Assembly (NCBI GenBank): GCA_964615415.1
Contig: CAZTNI010000001.1
Span: 25,290 to 89,289 of the forward strand
Reading direction: 5' to 3'
Length of the DNA: 64,000 nucleotides
DNA from: an uncultured Candidatus Saccharibacteria bacterium
GTDB lineage: Bacteria; Patescibacteriota; Minisyncoccia; Phycocordibacterales; SBAW01
Positions 9,909-19,053 of the stretch are shown here, in pieces. The translations under genes and the position numbers were made by a program. How positions within the stretch are numbered: position 1 is the stretch's first letter; each line of letters opens with the position of its first letter. The notes under the pieces are model-generated. The model was not told the origin of the DNA and did no database searches. It worked only from the letters and a program-made list of their open reading frames with translations.

Positions 9909-10478
9909 TTACCGTAGCGCTTTTTCGGCAGGGAGCGCGTCCCAGACGAAATAGTTATTCTTGTCCTTTTGATGCTCGACATACCCTTCTAGCTTGTACC
10001 ACCGATCAGGGAGATAAACGTCGAACACATACATATGGAACTGGCTGTACACGCCAGGGAACGAGGTCGAAGGAAGTGGCCCCTTAACAAACCCTGGCTG
10101 CGGACTGAGCGGCAGCCGCTCAGTAATTCCCAACTCTTCTCTCAGAGCGCGGTATGCCGCTTCAATCGGATCCTCACCAGGCACCATCTTCTCTCCAACA
10201 CTCATGAGAAGATCTGCTCGGACCTTCTCCCGACCATCTTCGAAAACCTGTTTCTCTTCGCGCAGCCGGAGTGTGCGCCCGTTCTCAACATGGTAAATGT
10301 TGAGGCAGGCTCCCGTCCCGATCTTGAGCAGACGGCCGTGTTCTGACGCCAGCGTCGATTCTCCAGAGTTGAGTTCGGAGAGCAAATGCTCGATCGTCTT
10401 GGCCGAACCAGTTCCCCATAGTTCGAGAGGAACGCTCCGAGCCCGCAGATAGGCCCGGAGTTCTTCGATAGTTTTCAC
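9909..10478 (-). CDS. NUDIX hydrolase
   Basis: NUDIX box GEDPIEAAYRALREELGITE. GTG start preceded by AAAGGAG. Confidence 0.75.
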   Translation of the reverse strand: MKTIEELRAYLRARSVPLELWGTGSAKTIEHLLSELNSGESTLASEHGRLLKIGTGACLNIYHVENGRTLRLREEKQVFEDGREKVRADLLMSVGEKMVPGEDPIEAAYRALREELGITERLPLSPQPGFVKGPLPSTSFPGVYSQFHMYVFDVYLPDRWYKLEGYVEHQKDKNNYFVWDALPAEKALR

Positions 10479-10535
10479 CGGACTCTCCTTTCTCTGTTTC
10501 CAATGATCCTAATTTTAATTATACACCCTTTTTAG

Positions 10536-11327
10536 TTATTTGTCAATAGAAAATACCCGTTGTGAATTAAGGAGAATGTGCGCTGCCACATCGTCTACAG
10601 CAAGATTTTTTATTGCGGCGATTTTAACGACTACATGTTCTACATAGACCGGTTCGTTGCGCTTGCCGCGGTACGGCACCGGTGCTGCGAATGGAGAGTC
10701 AGTTTCTGAAAGAATACGGTCCATAGGCGCAACGCGAATAGACTCGTCATACATGTCGGTGTAGGTAATCGGCCCAGGGAAAGACAGGTAGCAGCCGAGG
10801 TTTAAGTACTGCTGCGCAAGTTCCCCGCTACCGGTAAAGAAATGGATAATAACTGGCACCGAGACTTTTTTCTCGCTTAAAATCTGCAACATGTCGTCGT
10901 GCGCGTTGCGGCAGTGAATGATGAGTGGCTTCCCTACTCGCTCCGCAAGCGCCACCTGCACTTCAAACCGCTCTTTTTGCGCAGCCTTTTCTTCTGCTGT
11001 GCCGCCGCTTCTAAAGTAGTCGAGGCCGCACTCGCCTATTGCTACGACCTTAGGGTCTCTCGCCAAGGCTTCGTACTTTTCGACATCAAAAACTTCTTCT
11101 TTATTGTCATTTGGATGCAGTCCAACTGCGGCCCACAAAAAGTCGTGCTGTTGCGCAAGAGTAAGCCCCGCCTCACTTTCTTTCAGGTCAGTCCCTACAA
11201 CTATTCCTCCCACCCCCTTTTCTTGCATGCGCGTAAACATAGCCTCTCGGTCGGCATCAAACTGCGAAAGCTGCGGATGGCAATGTGCGTCAAAAAATTT
11301 CATACTATCGTTTTGCAAGATCAGCAT
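10536..11327 (-). CDS. tatD: TatD-family metal-dependent hydrolase (DNase)
   Basis: FFDAHCHP, GLHP, AIGECGLDY, PLIIHCR and ETDSPF motifs. Likely start at internal MKFFDAHCH. Confidence 0.85.
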   Translation of the reverse strand: MLILQNDSMKFFDAHCHPQLSQFDADREAMFTRMQEKGVGGIVVGTDLKESEAGLTLAQQHDFLWAAVGLHPNDNKEEVFDVEKYEALARDPKVVAIGECGLDYFRSGGTAEEKAAQKERFEVQVALAERVGKPLIIHCRNAHDDMLQILSEKKVSVPVIIHFFTGSGELAQQYLNLGCYLSFPGPITYTDMYDESIRVAPMDRILSETDSPFAAPVPYRGKRNEPVYVEHVVVKIAAIKNLAVDDVAAHILLNSQRVFSIDK

Positions 11328-11832
11328 TAGATCCTTTTATTACTTTTCCTAGATAAGGTAGTAATTGTTTTTTATATTCTGCAAAAGTTTTTTCATCTTC
11401 AGCCGTGAGTTTTCCTATTTTTTGAAGCTCAATTTCAAATACATTTCCAACTCCTTTCACCGTGTCTAAATTAAAAACCGTATTCCCTTTTTTCCAAAGT
11501 TCCCGAGTTTTTTCTACCACTGAAAAAACTCCCAACACCTGCTCAAGGTATGGCAGCAAATCCTTATCTTTTATCGAGTAGAGTTTTACTTCTGCAACCG
11601 TGCCCTTCTTGTCTCCAAACGCGGGGCGTGTGTAATACACTGCGGTTTGAGTACTATTCTCGAGTCTAATTTTTAATCGAGCAGGCACACCAGACCGTTT
11701 CGGCAGGTTAAAAAAGTAATCTTTTTGTTTTTTAACTTCCTGCCTTTGAGCGCCTAGCTCTTTCAAGATTTTCCTCAGTGGAACGAAATCCTCACAAAAA
11801 TGTTTGAGTTCGAGATTGGTTTTTGATTGCAT
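11305..11832 (-). CDS. CYTH-like (CyaB/thiamine-triphosphatase-like) domain protein
   Basis: 175 aa with ELK (LELKHF), RLKIRLEN and VFEIELQ motif pattern suggestive of CYTH. Weak. Confidence 0.4.
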   Translation of the reverse strand: MQSKTNLELKHFCEDFVPLRKILKELGAQRQEVKKQKDYFFNLPKRSGVPARLKIRLENSTQTAVYYTRPAFGDKKGTVAEVKLYSIKDKDLLPYLEQVLGVFSVVEKTRELWKKGNTVFNLDTVKGVGNVFEIELQKIGKLTAEDEKTFAEYKKQLLPYLGKVIKGSNADLAKR

Positions 11833-11835
11833 GAT

Positions 11836-13269
11836 TTAGTCTTTGCGGGGGAATAAGTTTTCTGGCTTTTTGTTTGCTGCAATTGCTGCGAGAATTTTTT
11901 CTGAAGTTTCTGGCAGGAATGGCGAGAGTAATTGCGCTGCAGCGCCAAGTTCATGCACCAGGTTTACAATAAGCTCCTTCCCTTTTTCTTTATCAGTCTT
12001 TATTACCTTAAATGGTTCGGTTCGTGTAATTTCCTGGTCGATAGCTTGAACACGTCGGAACACTTCAGATATCGCCTCGTTTACTTGATAATTCTTAAAT
12101 GCAGCAGTATACGCCTCAGGATATACAACTTTTTCTATCACAACAGGAGCATCGAGATGTGTTTGCGCAAGCTGCATAATGCGTGCAGCCAAGTTACCAA
12201 GACCGTTCGCCAGGTTTGCGTTATAAAGCTCTTTAAATTGCTCCATCGTAAAGTCGCTGTCTTCAAACGGGTGGATATGGCGCACCAGGTAATAACGAAG
12301 TGCGTCCGTGCCATAGTCCTTCGCTACTGCAATTGGGTCAATAACATTGCCGAGCGATTTACTCATCTTTTGTCCCCCACTCGTAATGAAGCCGTGGTAG
12401 ACCACTTTGTCGGTATTTTTTACTCCACCCGACATGAGCATTGCTTGCCAGATAATAGACTGGAAGCGCACCTGGTCTTTACCAGCCACCTGTACAACCT
12501 CTCCATCCTCCCAGAACTTTTTAAAGTTCCCCTCTTTGTCGTCTGGCCAGCCTAACGTAGAGATGTAGTTCGTAAGCGCATCGAACCACACGTACATCAC
12601 CTGCGTCTCATCATCCGGCACCGGAATACCCCAACTCATGCGAGCTTTCTCGCGAGAAATACTGAAATCTTCAAGCCCTGCTTCTATAAAATTAATTGCT
12701 TCTTCGCGACGCCAGTCCGGCAGCACCACCTCTTCATTTGCAAGATAGGCAAGCAACTTATCTTTGTATGCACTCAAGCGGAAGAAATAATTCTCTTCTT
12801 CGATTTCCTGAAGCTCCATGTTCGGATGGTTTGGGCATTTTCCGTCTACCACATCGCTCTCGCGCAAAAAAGCTTCATCGCCTACGCAGTACAGACCCTT
12901 ATACTTCTTTTTGTAAATATCTCCCGCCACAGCGCAGCGCTTCCAGAGTTCTTGTGCGGCGTATATATGCAACGGGTCAGTGGTGCGAATAAATGCGTTA
13001 TAGGAAAGATTGAGAGCATCTTTCAATTTGGCAACCTCGCCTGCATAAAAATCTACATATGCCTGCACTTCCTCGCCTGCTTCGGTTGCTTTTTGGAAGA
13101 TTTTCTGTCCGTGTTCATCGGTCCCCGTAGTAAAAAACACTTCGCGTCCCAAGAGTCGCTGATACCGCGCAATAGCATCTGCCTGCACTATTTCCAGCGC
13201 AAAACCAATATGCGGAGCTGTGTTCACATACGGGAGCGTCGTGGTGAGGTAAAAAGGCTTGTTTTCCAT
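11836..13269 (-). CDS. metG: methionyl-tRNA synthetase (short form, no C-terminal tRNA-binding domain)
   Basis: TTLPYVNTAPHIGFALEIVQADAIARYQRL, TGTDEHGQKI and KMSKSLGNVIDP. The HIGH motif reads HIGF, verified codon by codon. Confidence 0.85.
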   Translation of the reverse strand: MENKPFYLTTTLPYVNTAPHIGFALEIVQADAIARYQRLLGREVFFTTGTDEHGQKIFQKATEAGEEVQAYVDFYAGEVAKLKDALNLSYNAFIRTTDPLHIYAAQELWKRCAVAGDIYKKKYKGLYCVGDEAFLRESDVVDGKCPNHPNMELQEIEEENYFFRLSAYKDKLLAYLANEEVVLPDWRREEAINFIEAGLEDFSISREKARMSWGIPVPDDETQVMYVWFDALTNYISTLGWPDDKEGNFKKFWEDGEVVQVAGKDQVRFQSIIWQAMLMSGGVKNTDKVVYHGFITSGGQKMSKSLGNVIDPIAVAKDYGTDALRYYLVRHIHPFEDSDFTMEQFKELYNANLANGLGNLAARIMQLAQTHLDAPVVIEKVVYPEAYTAAFKNYQVNEAISEVFRRVQAIDQEITRTEPFKVIKTDKEKGKELIVNLVHELGAAAQLLSPFLPETSEKILAAIAANKKPENLFPRKD

Positions 13270-13278
13270 GAATCAAAC

Positions 13279-14349
13279 CTACCCTTCCTGGCCTTCTTTC
13301 GCAAGGTGCTCGCCGTGAGCAAGTGCGTGTGTTTTGCGCTTATTAATGTCTGAAACGAGTTCTTGGATGGCGCCCGCGATAGGCACCGACAGAAGTACTC
13401 CAAGGAACCCAAGGAGTTTATACCCTACCAAGAGGGCCAAAATAACAAGAAGAGGCGGCACCCCGACAACCTTTTTAACTACGACAGGGTAAATAAGATG
13501 TGCTTCAAACTGCTGTACCACCAGGTACAAACCAGCCACTAACCCTGCTTCGGTCACTCCTCCGGCAACAAAGGCAATAGCAATCGCGGGCACAGCGGCA
13601 ATAAACTGCCCGAACACAGGAATCAGTTCCATAAGACCAGCCAAGACCGCCAACAAGAGCGCATAGGGTACGCCAAGAATTGTAAGACCCAAGTAGAGCA
13701 AAATACCGACAATGACACCAAGCACGAGCTGCCCTTGCATCCACTTCCCTATTTTGTCTTGCGAGCGTTTCCAGAGGTCTAAGACATATGCCTGGTGCTT
13801 CACCGGTGTGACAACGCGCAAGAAGTCATCAACACCCGTTTCTTGTACTGAAAAATAAAAAGAAAAGACGACGATAAGCACAAACGAGGTAATACCGCCG
13901 AAGAATGCTGAAAAGGTGGTAAACACTCCTCCGGTTGTATCGGTAAGCGTTTTAGAAATACTATCGAGCAGCTGGGCCGAAGATACAGAATTCCCAATAC
14001 TTGAAGGAAGCCATCCTGGCGCAAGTGACGAGAAGTTGAGTGACGCGAGTGTCTCAGGTAAGCGACTAAGGAATATCGCTGCTTCGTCCAAAATTGGCGG
14101 CACAAACGCGACCAAGAGTCCGAAAAAAGTCCCCAGTACCAGCAAGTAGCTGACTATAACACCCCAAATACGCGGCACTCCGCGCTTCGTAAACGCATGC
14201 ACCGCAGGCTCAATTGAGGACGCAATCACAATTGCCGTAAGCACAATTAACACGAGGTCGCGCAGGTAAAAGAGCAATCCCACCAACAGCACCAGTAAAA
14301 TGGCAACAAAGATGCTGCCTGCTGAAATAGTTATCGAGAGAGGTTTCAT
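13279..14349 (-). CDS. AI-2E family transporter (PerM/UPF0118)
   Basis: 356 aa, multi-TM, typical AI-2E topology. Confidence 0.8.
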   Translation of the reverse strand: MKPLSITISAGSIFVAILLVLLVGLLFYLRDLVLIVLTAIVIASSIEPAVHAFTKRGVPRIWGVIVSYLLVLGTFFGLLVAFVPPILDEAAIFLSRLPETLASLNFSSLAPGWLPSSIGNSVSSAQLLDSISKTLTDTTGGVFTTFSAFFGGITSFVLIVVFSFYFSVQETGVDDFLRVVTPVKHQAYVLDLWKRSQDKIGKWMQGQLVLGVIVGILLYLGLTILGVPYALLLAVLAGLMELIPVFGQFIAAVPAIAIAFVAGGVTEAGLVAGLYLVVQQFEAHLIYPVVVKKVVGVPPLLVILALLVGYKLLGFLGVLLSVPIAGAIQELVSDINKRKTHALAHGEHLAKEGQEG

Positions 14350-14354
14350 TACCT

Positions 14355-15764
14355 CTATAGTACCACTTCCAGTTGTGAGGAAAGGAGGGAGGAGAGTTCG
14401 CTTACCGGAACACGCTTTTGTTCACCCGTATCGCGGTCACGCACCGTTACTGTGTCTTTCAGTTCTGGCGTCTCGCCCAATGTGTCAAAATCGATCGTGA
14501 TGCACCACGGCGTACCAATTTCGTCCTGGCGGCGGTAACGCTTCCCTACGTTGCCGTTGTCGTCCCACATAATCTGCGGGATTTTTTTCTTAAGATCTGT
14601 GTAAATTTCGCGCGCCTTCGCCACAAGTTCCGGTTTGTTTTTAAGGAGTGGAAATACTGCAGCTTTAATAGGTGCAAGGTGCGGCGGAAGTTTCAATACC
14701 GTGCGCACTTCCCCACCCAACTCGTCTTCAGTGTAGGCCTTTGCAAGCACCGCGAGCACATGACGACCGAGACCAAACGTAGGTTCAAGCACATGCGGCA
14801 CGAGTTTTTCGTTCGTTGTTGGATCGAGGTATGACAAATCCACCTCACTGTTTGTAATATGATTCTTTAAATCGAAGTCTGTGCGGTACGCAAGACCGCC
14901 GATTTCATCAAACTTGTGGGGGTATTTAAAGTGAAAGTCGACCGTGCGCTTACTGTAGTGAGCACGCTCGCCGTCTGGAATCTCGATCTCTTTTATATCT
15001 TCTTTTGCAAAGCCGAGTGCCGCAAACCATGTACGCATTTGTGAGAGCCAGTATTCAAACTTTTCTTGCCACTCTGCTTCTTTAAAGAAGTATTCGAACT
15101 CCATGATCTCAAGCTCGCGCACACGGAAGATAAAGTCGCGCGGCGCGATTTCGTTGCGGAAGTTGCGGCCAATTTGCGCGATACCGAACGGGAGCTTTGG
15201 ATGGTACGAGTCGAGGATGTTTTTAAAATTTACAAACATACCCTGTGCAGTTTCAGGACGCAAATAGACGGTCGTGTCCGCACCATCAACAGAACCGACA
15301 GTCGTTCGGAACATCATATTAAACTGCTGCGGCGCGGTCAGTTCATTACCGTCAGGGCTTTTAATTCCCTTTTCTTTAATAACCTCGCCCATTTGCGCGA
15401 GTGTCATCCCGGTTGGGTTTACTCCCACTTCCTCAAGCAAGTGGTCTGCACGGTAGCGCTTTTTTGTCTTAACATCTGCAACCAGCGGGTCCGCAAAACC
15501 AGCAACGTGGCCAGACGCCTCCCACACCTTCGGATTCATTAAGATAGCCGAGTCGAGGCCGTACATGTCGTCGCGAGAGTCGACAAACATCCTCCACCAC
15601 AAATTTTCGATATTTTTCTTCAGCGCCACGCCAAGCGGTCCGTAATCCCAGGTACCCGCAAGGCCGCCATAGATCTCCGAACCTTGGTATACGAACCCTC
15701 GCCGTTTTGCGAGAGAGACGATTTTCTCCATAGTTGATTCAGATTGAGACATAACTGTCATCAT
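14355..15764 (-). CDS. glyQS: glycyl-tRNA synthetase (dimeric class II type)
   Basis: RRGFVYQGSEIYGGLAGTWDYGPLGV and the class II core. True start possibly at the internal MEKIVSLAK. Confidence 0.9.
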   Translation of the reverse strand: MMTVMSQSESTMEKIVSLAKRRGFVYQGSEIYGGLAGTWDYGPLGVALKKNIENLWWRMFVDSRDDMYGLDSAILMNPKVWEASGHVAGFADPLVADVKTKKRYRADHLLEEVGVNPTGMTLAQMGEVIKEKGIKSPDGNELTAPQQFNMMFRTTVGSVDGADTTVYLRPETAQGMFVNFKNILDSYHPKLPFGIAQIGRNFRNEIAPRDFIFRVRELEIMEFEYFFKEAEWQEKFEYWLSQMRTWFAALGFAKEDIKEIEIPDGERAHYSKRTVDFHFKYPHKFDEIGGLAYRTDFDLKNHITNSEVDLSYLDPTTNEKLVPHVLEPTFGLGRHVLAVLAKAYTEDELGGEVRTVLKLPPHLAPIKAAVFPLLKNKPELVAKAREIYTDLKKKIPQIMWDDNGNVGKRYRRQDEIGTPWCITIDFDTLGETPELKDTVTVRDRDTGEQKRVPVSELSSLLSSQLEVVL

Positions 15765-15786
15765 GGCATATTGTCGCTTTTAGCTC

Positions 15787-15828
15787 AAATAAAAAGAAGG
15801 CCGCCGCACCCTAGAAGGGGTGCGGCGG
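15787..15828 (-). terminator. rho-independent terminator
   Basis: ccgccgcaccc/ggggtgcggcgg stem, followed on the minus strand by ttctttttattt. Confidence 0.6.
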
Positions 15829-15853
15829 ATACAAAGGAATATAGCCCCAGGCG

Positions 15854-16384
15854 CTACATGCGATGACGAAAAATGATCCCGTCATCGAGAGCACGAGGAT
15901 AGGAATTCCTAGCCCAAGGAGCAGAGAGCCACAACCCGCCATTACTATGCCGACTAAGCAGAAACACACATGGCTGGTCATGAGACGAAAATATCTGCTT
16001 CATAGCGACGACTAACTTGTCGCGAAGGGGCTGATCCTTGAGAACCAGTCGGATTGCAGGACCATCGCCGGGCTTACAGAGGGAATGGCCAAGTTCAAGG
16101 ATGCGCGCCCAGATATTGGCAATCGTTGGATTTTCGGTGAAGCCGAGTTCACCTACCGTAACACGAGAAAACTTCACCCTCTCCCGCTCACCCGGCTCCC
16201 AACCACGTCTGGACATAATGTCCTCTATGCAGTCATCAGGCATAATAATACTCTCAGATTTCAACTCCCCAAGGAGTTGTTCTTTAGACTTCCCCCCAAC
16301 TTCGATGTCCAAATAGACTGGAAAGATCGAACTCTGCTGTGATATGTCCAAGTCAGTTTGCTTTGGAGTAGTTGTTGCTGTCAT
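15854..16384 (-). CDS. hypothetical protein
   Basis: ATG at 16382-16384 preceded by AGGGAG SD (6-nt spacer). The ORF-track version starts at an upstream GTG (16429). Confidence 0.45.
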   Translation of the reverse strand: MTATTTPKQTDLDISQQSSIFPVYLDIEVGGKSKEQLLGELKSESIIMPDDCIEDIMSRRGWEPGERERVKFSRVTVGELGFTENPTIANIWARILELGHSLCKPGDGPAIRLVLKDQPLRDKLVVAMKQIFSSHDQPCVFLLSRHSNGGLWLSAPWARNSYPRALDDGIIFRHRM

Positions 16385-16511
16385 CGTTATCTCCCTGAAA
16401 CAGTTGACTCGTAAATCCGAGACGAACACCTAGATCCCTGATCTGACGACACTAGAACATAATTTATTTTGCAATGCAAATATCTTAAAGAAGGTCGCAG
16501 GTAAAGCTAGA

Positions 16512-18455
16512 TTATTTTGGCGCAACAATGTCCACTCCACCAGGACCACTGTCTCCTACTAGGCGTGTTGTCGACGGATTTGCCGTAGCGCGTACCGGCA
16601 CCTGCACAAAACGATCTTGGCCGGTTAACACTACTTCGCTTGTTAAGTCTGGCGACTTACCCACCTGGCTCGTACTTGGCACAATCGTTACCTGGAAGGC
16701 AGCCTGTAGTGCTGCTTGGGTGTACCCTACACCCGCTTTAATGTCACCAATGTTCCATCGCACAGTGCGACTTGCTGCGTCGTAGGTTATGCCGCTTCCT
16801 GAAGGACTCGACATAAATTGTACATAAGACGGCAGCGTTGCAGAGACAGACGCATTCGCAACGGTGTTTGCAGAGTTTTTCACTCCCCAGACAATCGTGT
16901 ACGAAGTCGCTTGTTCGGCGCGCGGCGGCATTGGTCCGATATTTTGGAAACCGCCCGTGTAGTGCAGCGTTTTTACATCAAGCGTTGCTTGGGACGCAAG
17001 CTGCACTCGCGCGGTCGCCGCAGATGCAACCGATTCCGGCGCCCCGCCACCTCCCTGACGCACACCGCGCACCTGTAAATTAAGTTCGATAGTTGGGTTT
17101 GTAATAAGCACGCCTGCTTCTCCGGGCTTCAGTGTACTAAATGAGAAGTGGAAGGTTCCTGTTTCGCCTGGCTGTACCGTCGCAAGAGAATTGTTTTGAT
17201 CTTTAGACCAAATAATCGCAGTTTGTGCGGATTGGTAAAATCCATTTCCGGCACTAATAGCATTTTTGTTAAGAGCAGGACCAGCAAATGACAAAATTAA
17301 CTCCACGTTTGAGACCGGATCAGGGAGATTGTTCTTCCACGTCACCGTACCTTCGAGCTGCTCGCCCGCAGCAACAGAGATAGTTTTTCCTGTTTGCCCC
17401 TCGACTGCGATCGTTGCAGAAATAAACGGCTGCCGCACGGTAACAGTCTGCGGCATGATAAGGAACGGGACTTTAATTTTTGTATCGGTCTGGTCGCTGT
17501 TTGACCCCGCAAAGAAGCGGAAGACGCGTTCATCACCATCTTGTCCTTCAAGGGCACCGGTAATTTTAATAGTGCGCGATGCGCCCGGCTGTAGTGTCCC
17601 TAGTCGCCAAAACGTACCCCCTGCATCTGCCTGTGGCTGTGTTGTTCCGACCGTAAATCCAAATGGATACTGTCCTTGCAGCACTAAATTCTCGACAGGC
17701 GTTGTTGCATTAGAACGCACGGTCACGTCCATAGAAATCTCACCCCCCGTTGTTGTGTCAGTTGGCGCAGATACAGTAATTGAAACGGGAGAGGAGCCTA
17801 TCGTGTACGTCGTTTCCGTTTGCTTTTGGAAAACTGCGTTTGAATTTTTAACACTATATTCAAGCGTTGCACGGATTGTTTGCGTTTCCCCTTCTTGTCC
17901 AAACACAAGAGCAGAAGCTGTTTGTTTTATTTGTTCACCTGCAGGAATCGTGCCAATAGTGTGACGGTCGTACGTCAGCTCCTGCGCTGGGTTAGCAGCA
18001 CTGCGCGTGCCATCCGGGTACGTCAAAATAAGATCCGCAAGCTCGAGGTCAGTTTGGTTGCGGTTGGTAATAATAAACTGGAATGTTGCTTCCTTTCCTC
18101 CATCAATCAAAGACGGTGCCACTATTTCAATATCGATGTTCTGTGGAGAGATAGTATTCACTCCTCCTAAAATCATATAAGCGGCGGCGGCAAGTGACAG
18201 GAAGAAGAACGCGGCCGAACCGAGCAAAAATTTAGTAGCCATAGACATACGAGATTTGGTTTGTAGTGGTTGTGACGGCTGAGGTACACCACTTGTTACA
18301 CCTTCCGGCGTTGCAGCAGGTTCCCAAGCACGAGGAGCATCTGCAGTGCTCGGACTAAGGCTCGAGCGGTCTTCTGCAGGCGGTTTAATATCACTTTGAC
18401 GAGCATAGAGCGCGCGTTTAAGCTTCTCTACCCCGCTTTTCTCTTCGGGAACCAT
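16512..18455 (-). CDS. hypothetical membrane-anchored protein with large Thr/Ser-rich extracytoplasmic domain
   Basis: 647 aa. ~70-aa cytoplasmic N-terminus, one TM (FLLGSAAFFFLSLAAAAYMIL), then an all-beta-like extracellular region. Confidence 0.55.
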   Translation of the reverse strand: MVPEEKSGVEKLKRALYARQSDIKPPAEDRSSLSPSTADAPRAWEPAATPEGVTSGVPQPSQPLQTKSRMSMATKFLLGSAAFFFLSLAAAAYMILGGVNTISPQNIDIEIVAPSLIDGGKEATFQFIITNRNQTDLELADLILTYPDGTRSAANPAQELTYDRHTIGTIPAGEQIKQTASALVFGQEGETQTIRATLEYSVKNSNAVFQKQTETTYTIGSSPVSITVSAPTDTTTGGEISMDVTVRSNATTPVENLVLQGQYPFGFTVGTTQPQADAGGTFWRLGTLQPGASRTIKITGALEGQDGDERVFRFFAGSNSDQTDTKIKVPFLIMPQTVTVRQPFISATIAVEGQTGKTISVAAGEQLEGTVTWKNNLPDPVSNVELILSFAGPALNKNAISAGNGFYQSAQTAIIWSKDQNNSLATVQPGETGTFHFSFSTLKPGEAGVLITNPTIELNLQVRGVRQGGGGAPESVASAATARVQLASQATLDVKTLHYTGGFQNIGPMPPRAEQATSYTIVWGVKNSANTVANASVSATLPSYVQFMSSPSGSGITYDAASRTVRWNIGDIKAGVGYTQAALQAAFQVTIVPSTSQVGKSPDLTSEVVLTGQDRFVQVPVRATANPSTTRLVGDSGPGGVDIVAPK

Positions 18456-18469
18456 ATCTCTAAAGTATA

Positions 18470-19051
18470 CTACAGGTGCGTCGCAGCCAAAGATTCATTG
18501 ATCGTGCGGATTAAAAAGCCCTTTACTACCTGAGCCTGGAGCGCAAGCTCCTCAGTAATATTCTCTTCACCTACAAATGGTGCAAGTTCAGAGATGCGTG
18601 GCACGTACCCCAGCTGGGACAATATACGCAACACAAGTACCCACTCGGCGCTTTCAATCTCTTCCTTCGTGTGAGACGCTGCAAAAAATGAAAACCCTTG
18701 GCGTACGGCGACGTACAGTTTGTCTCCCCGCTCTTCACCATGAATCAGACGAAGCAGGAGTCGCGAGACTCTCCCCACTGCAACTTTCCCCTCACGCGTC
18801 GAAGGTACAAGATCACGAGAAATAGTTTCTACTCCGGTCACTTTCCACTCATGCTTACCGCGCACAAATGAAAACCGTCCTTCGGTAAGCACCTCAAGGC
18901 CGTAGCGTAATTTAGATTTTCCTAAGCGAGCACTACGTGCAGTAGCGCGGATCAATCCGAGCTCTTTCGTAAAAATTGCAACTTGTGTATTAGCCTCTCC
19001 TACTCCACGTTTCGCTAACACCACTCCGTCGCTGACATGGATTTTATGCAT
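18470..19051 (-). CDS. recO: DNA repair protein RecO (short form)
   Basis: N-terminal OB-like DGVVLAKRGVGEANTQVAIFTKELGLIRATARSAR...EWKV. Central AEWVLVLRILSQLGY resembles the RecO helical domain. Confidence 0.6.
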   Translation of the reverse strand: MHKIHVSDGVVLAKRGVGEANTQVAIFTKELGLIRATARSARLGKSKLRYGLEVLTEGRFSFVRGKHEWKVTGVETISRDLVPSTREGKVAVGRVSRLLLRLIHGEERGDKLYVAVRQGFSFFAASHTKEEIESAEWVLVLRILSQLGYVPRISELAPFVGEENITEELALQAQVVKGFLIRTINESLAATHL

Positions 19052-19053
19052 AC

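Noticed and set aside
11932-12555. 207-aa plus-strand ORF antisense to metG
   Set aside because: No homology, and it overlaps a clearly conserved synthetase.
17266-17964. 232-aa plus-strand ORF antisense to the 647-aa membrane protein
   Set aside because: Antisense artifact.
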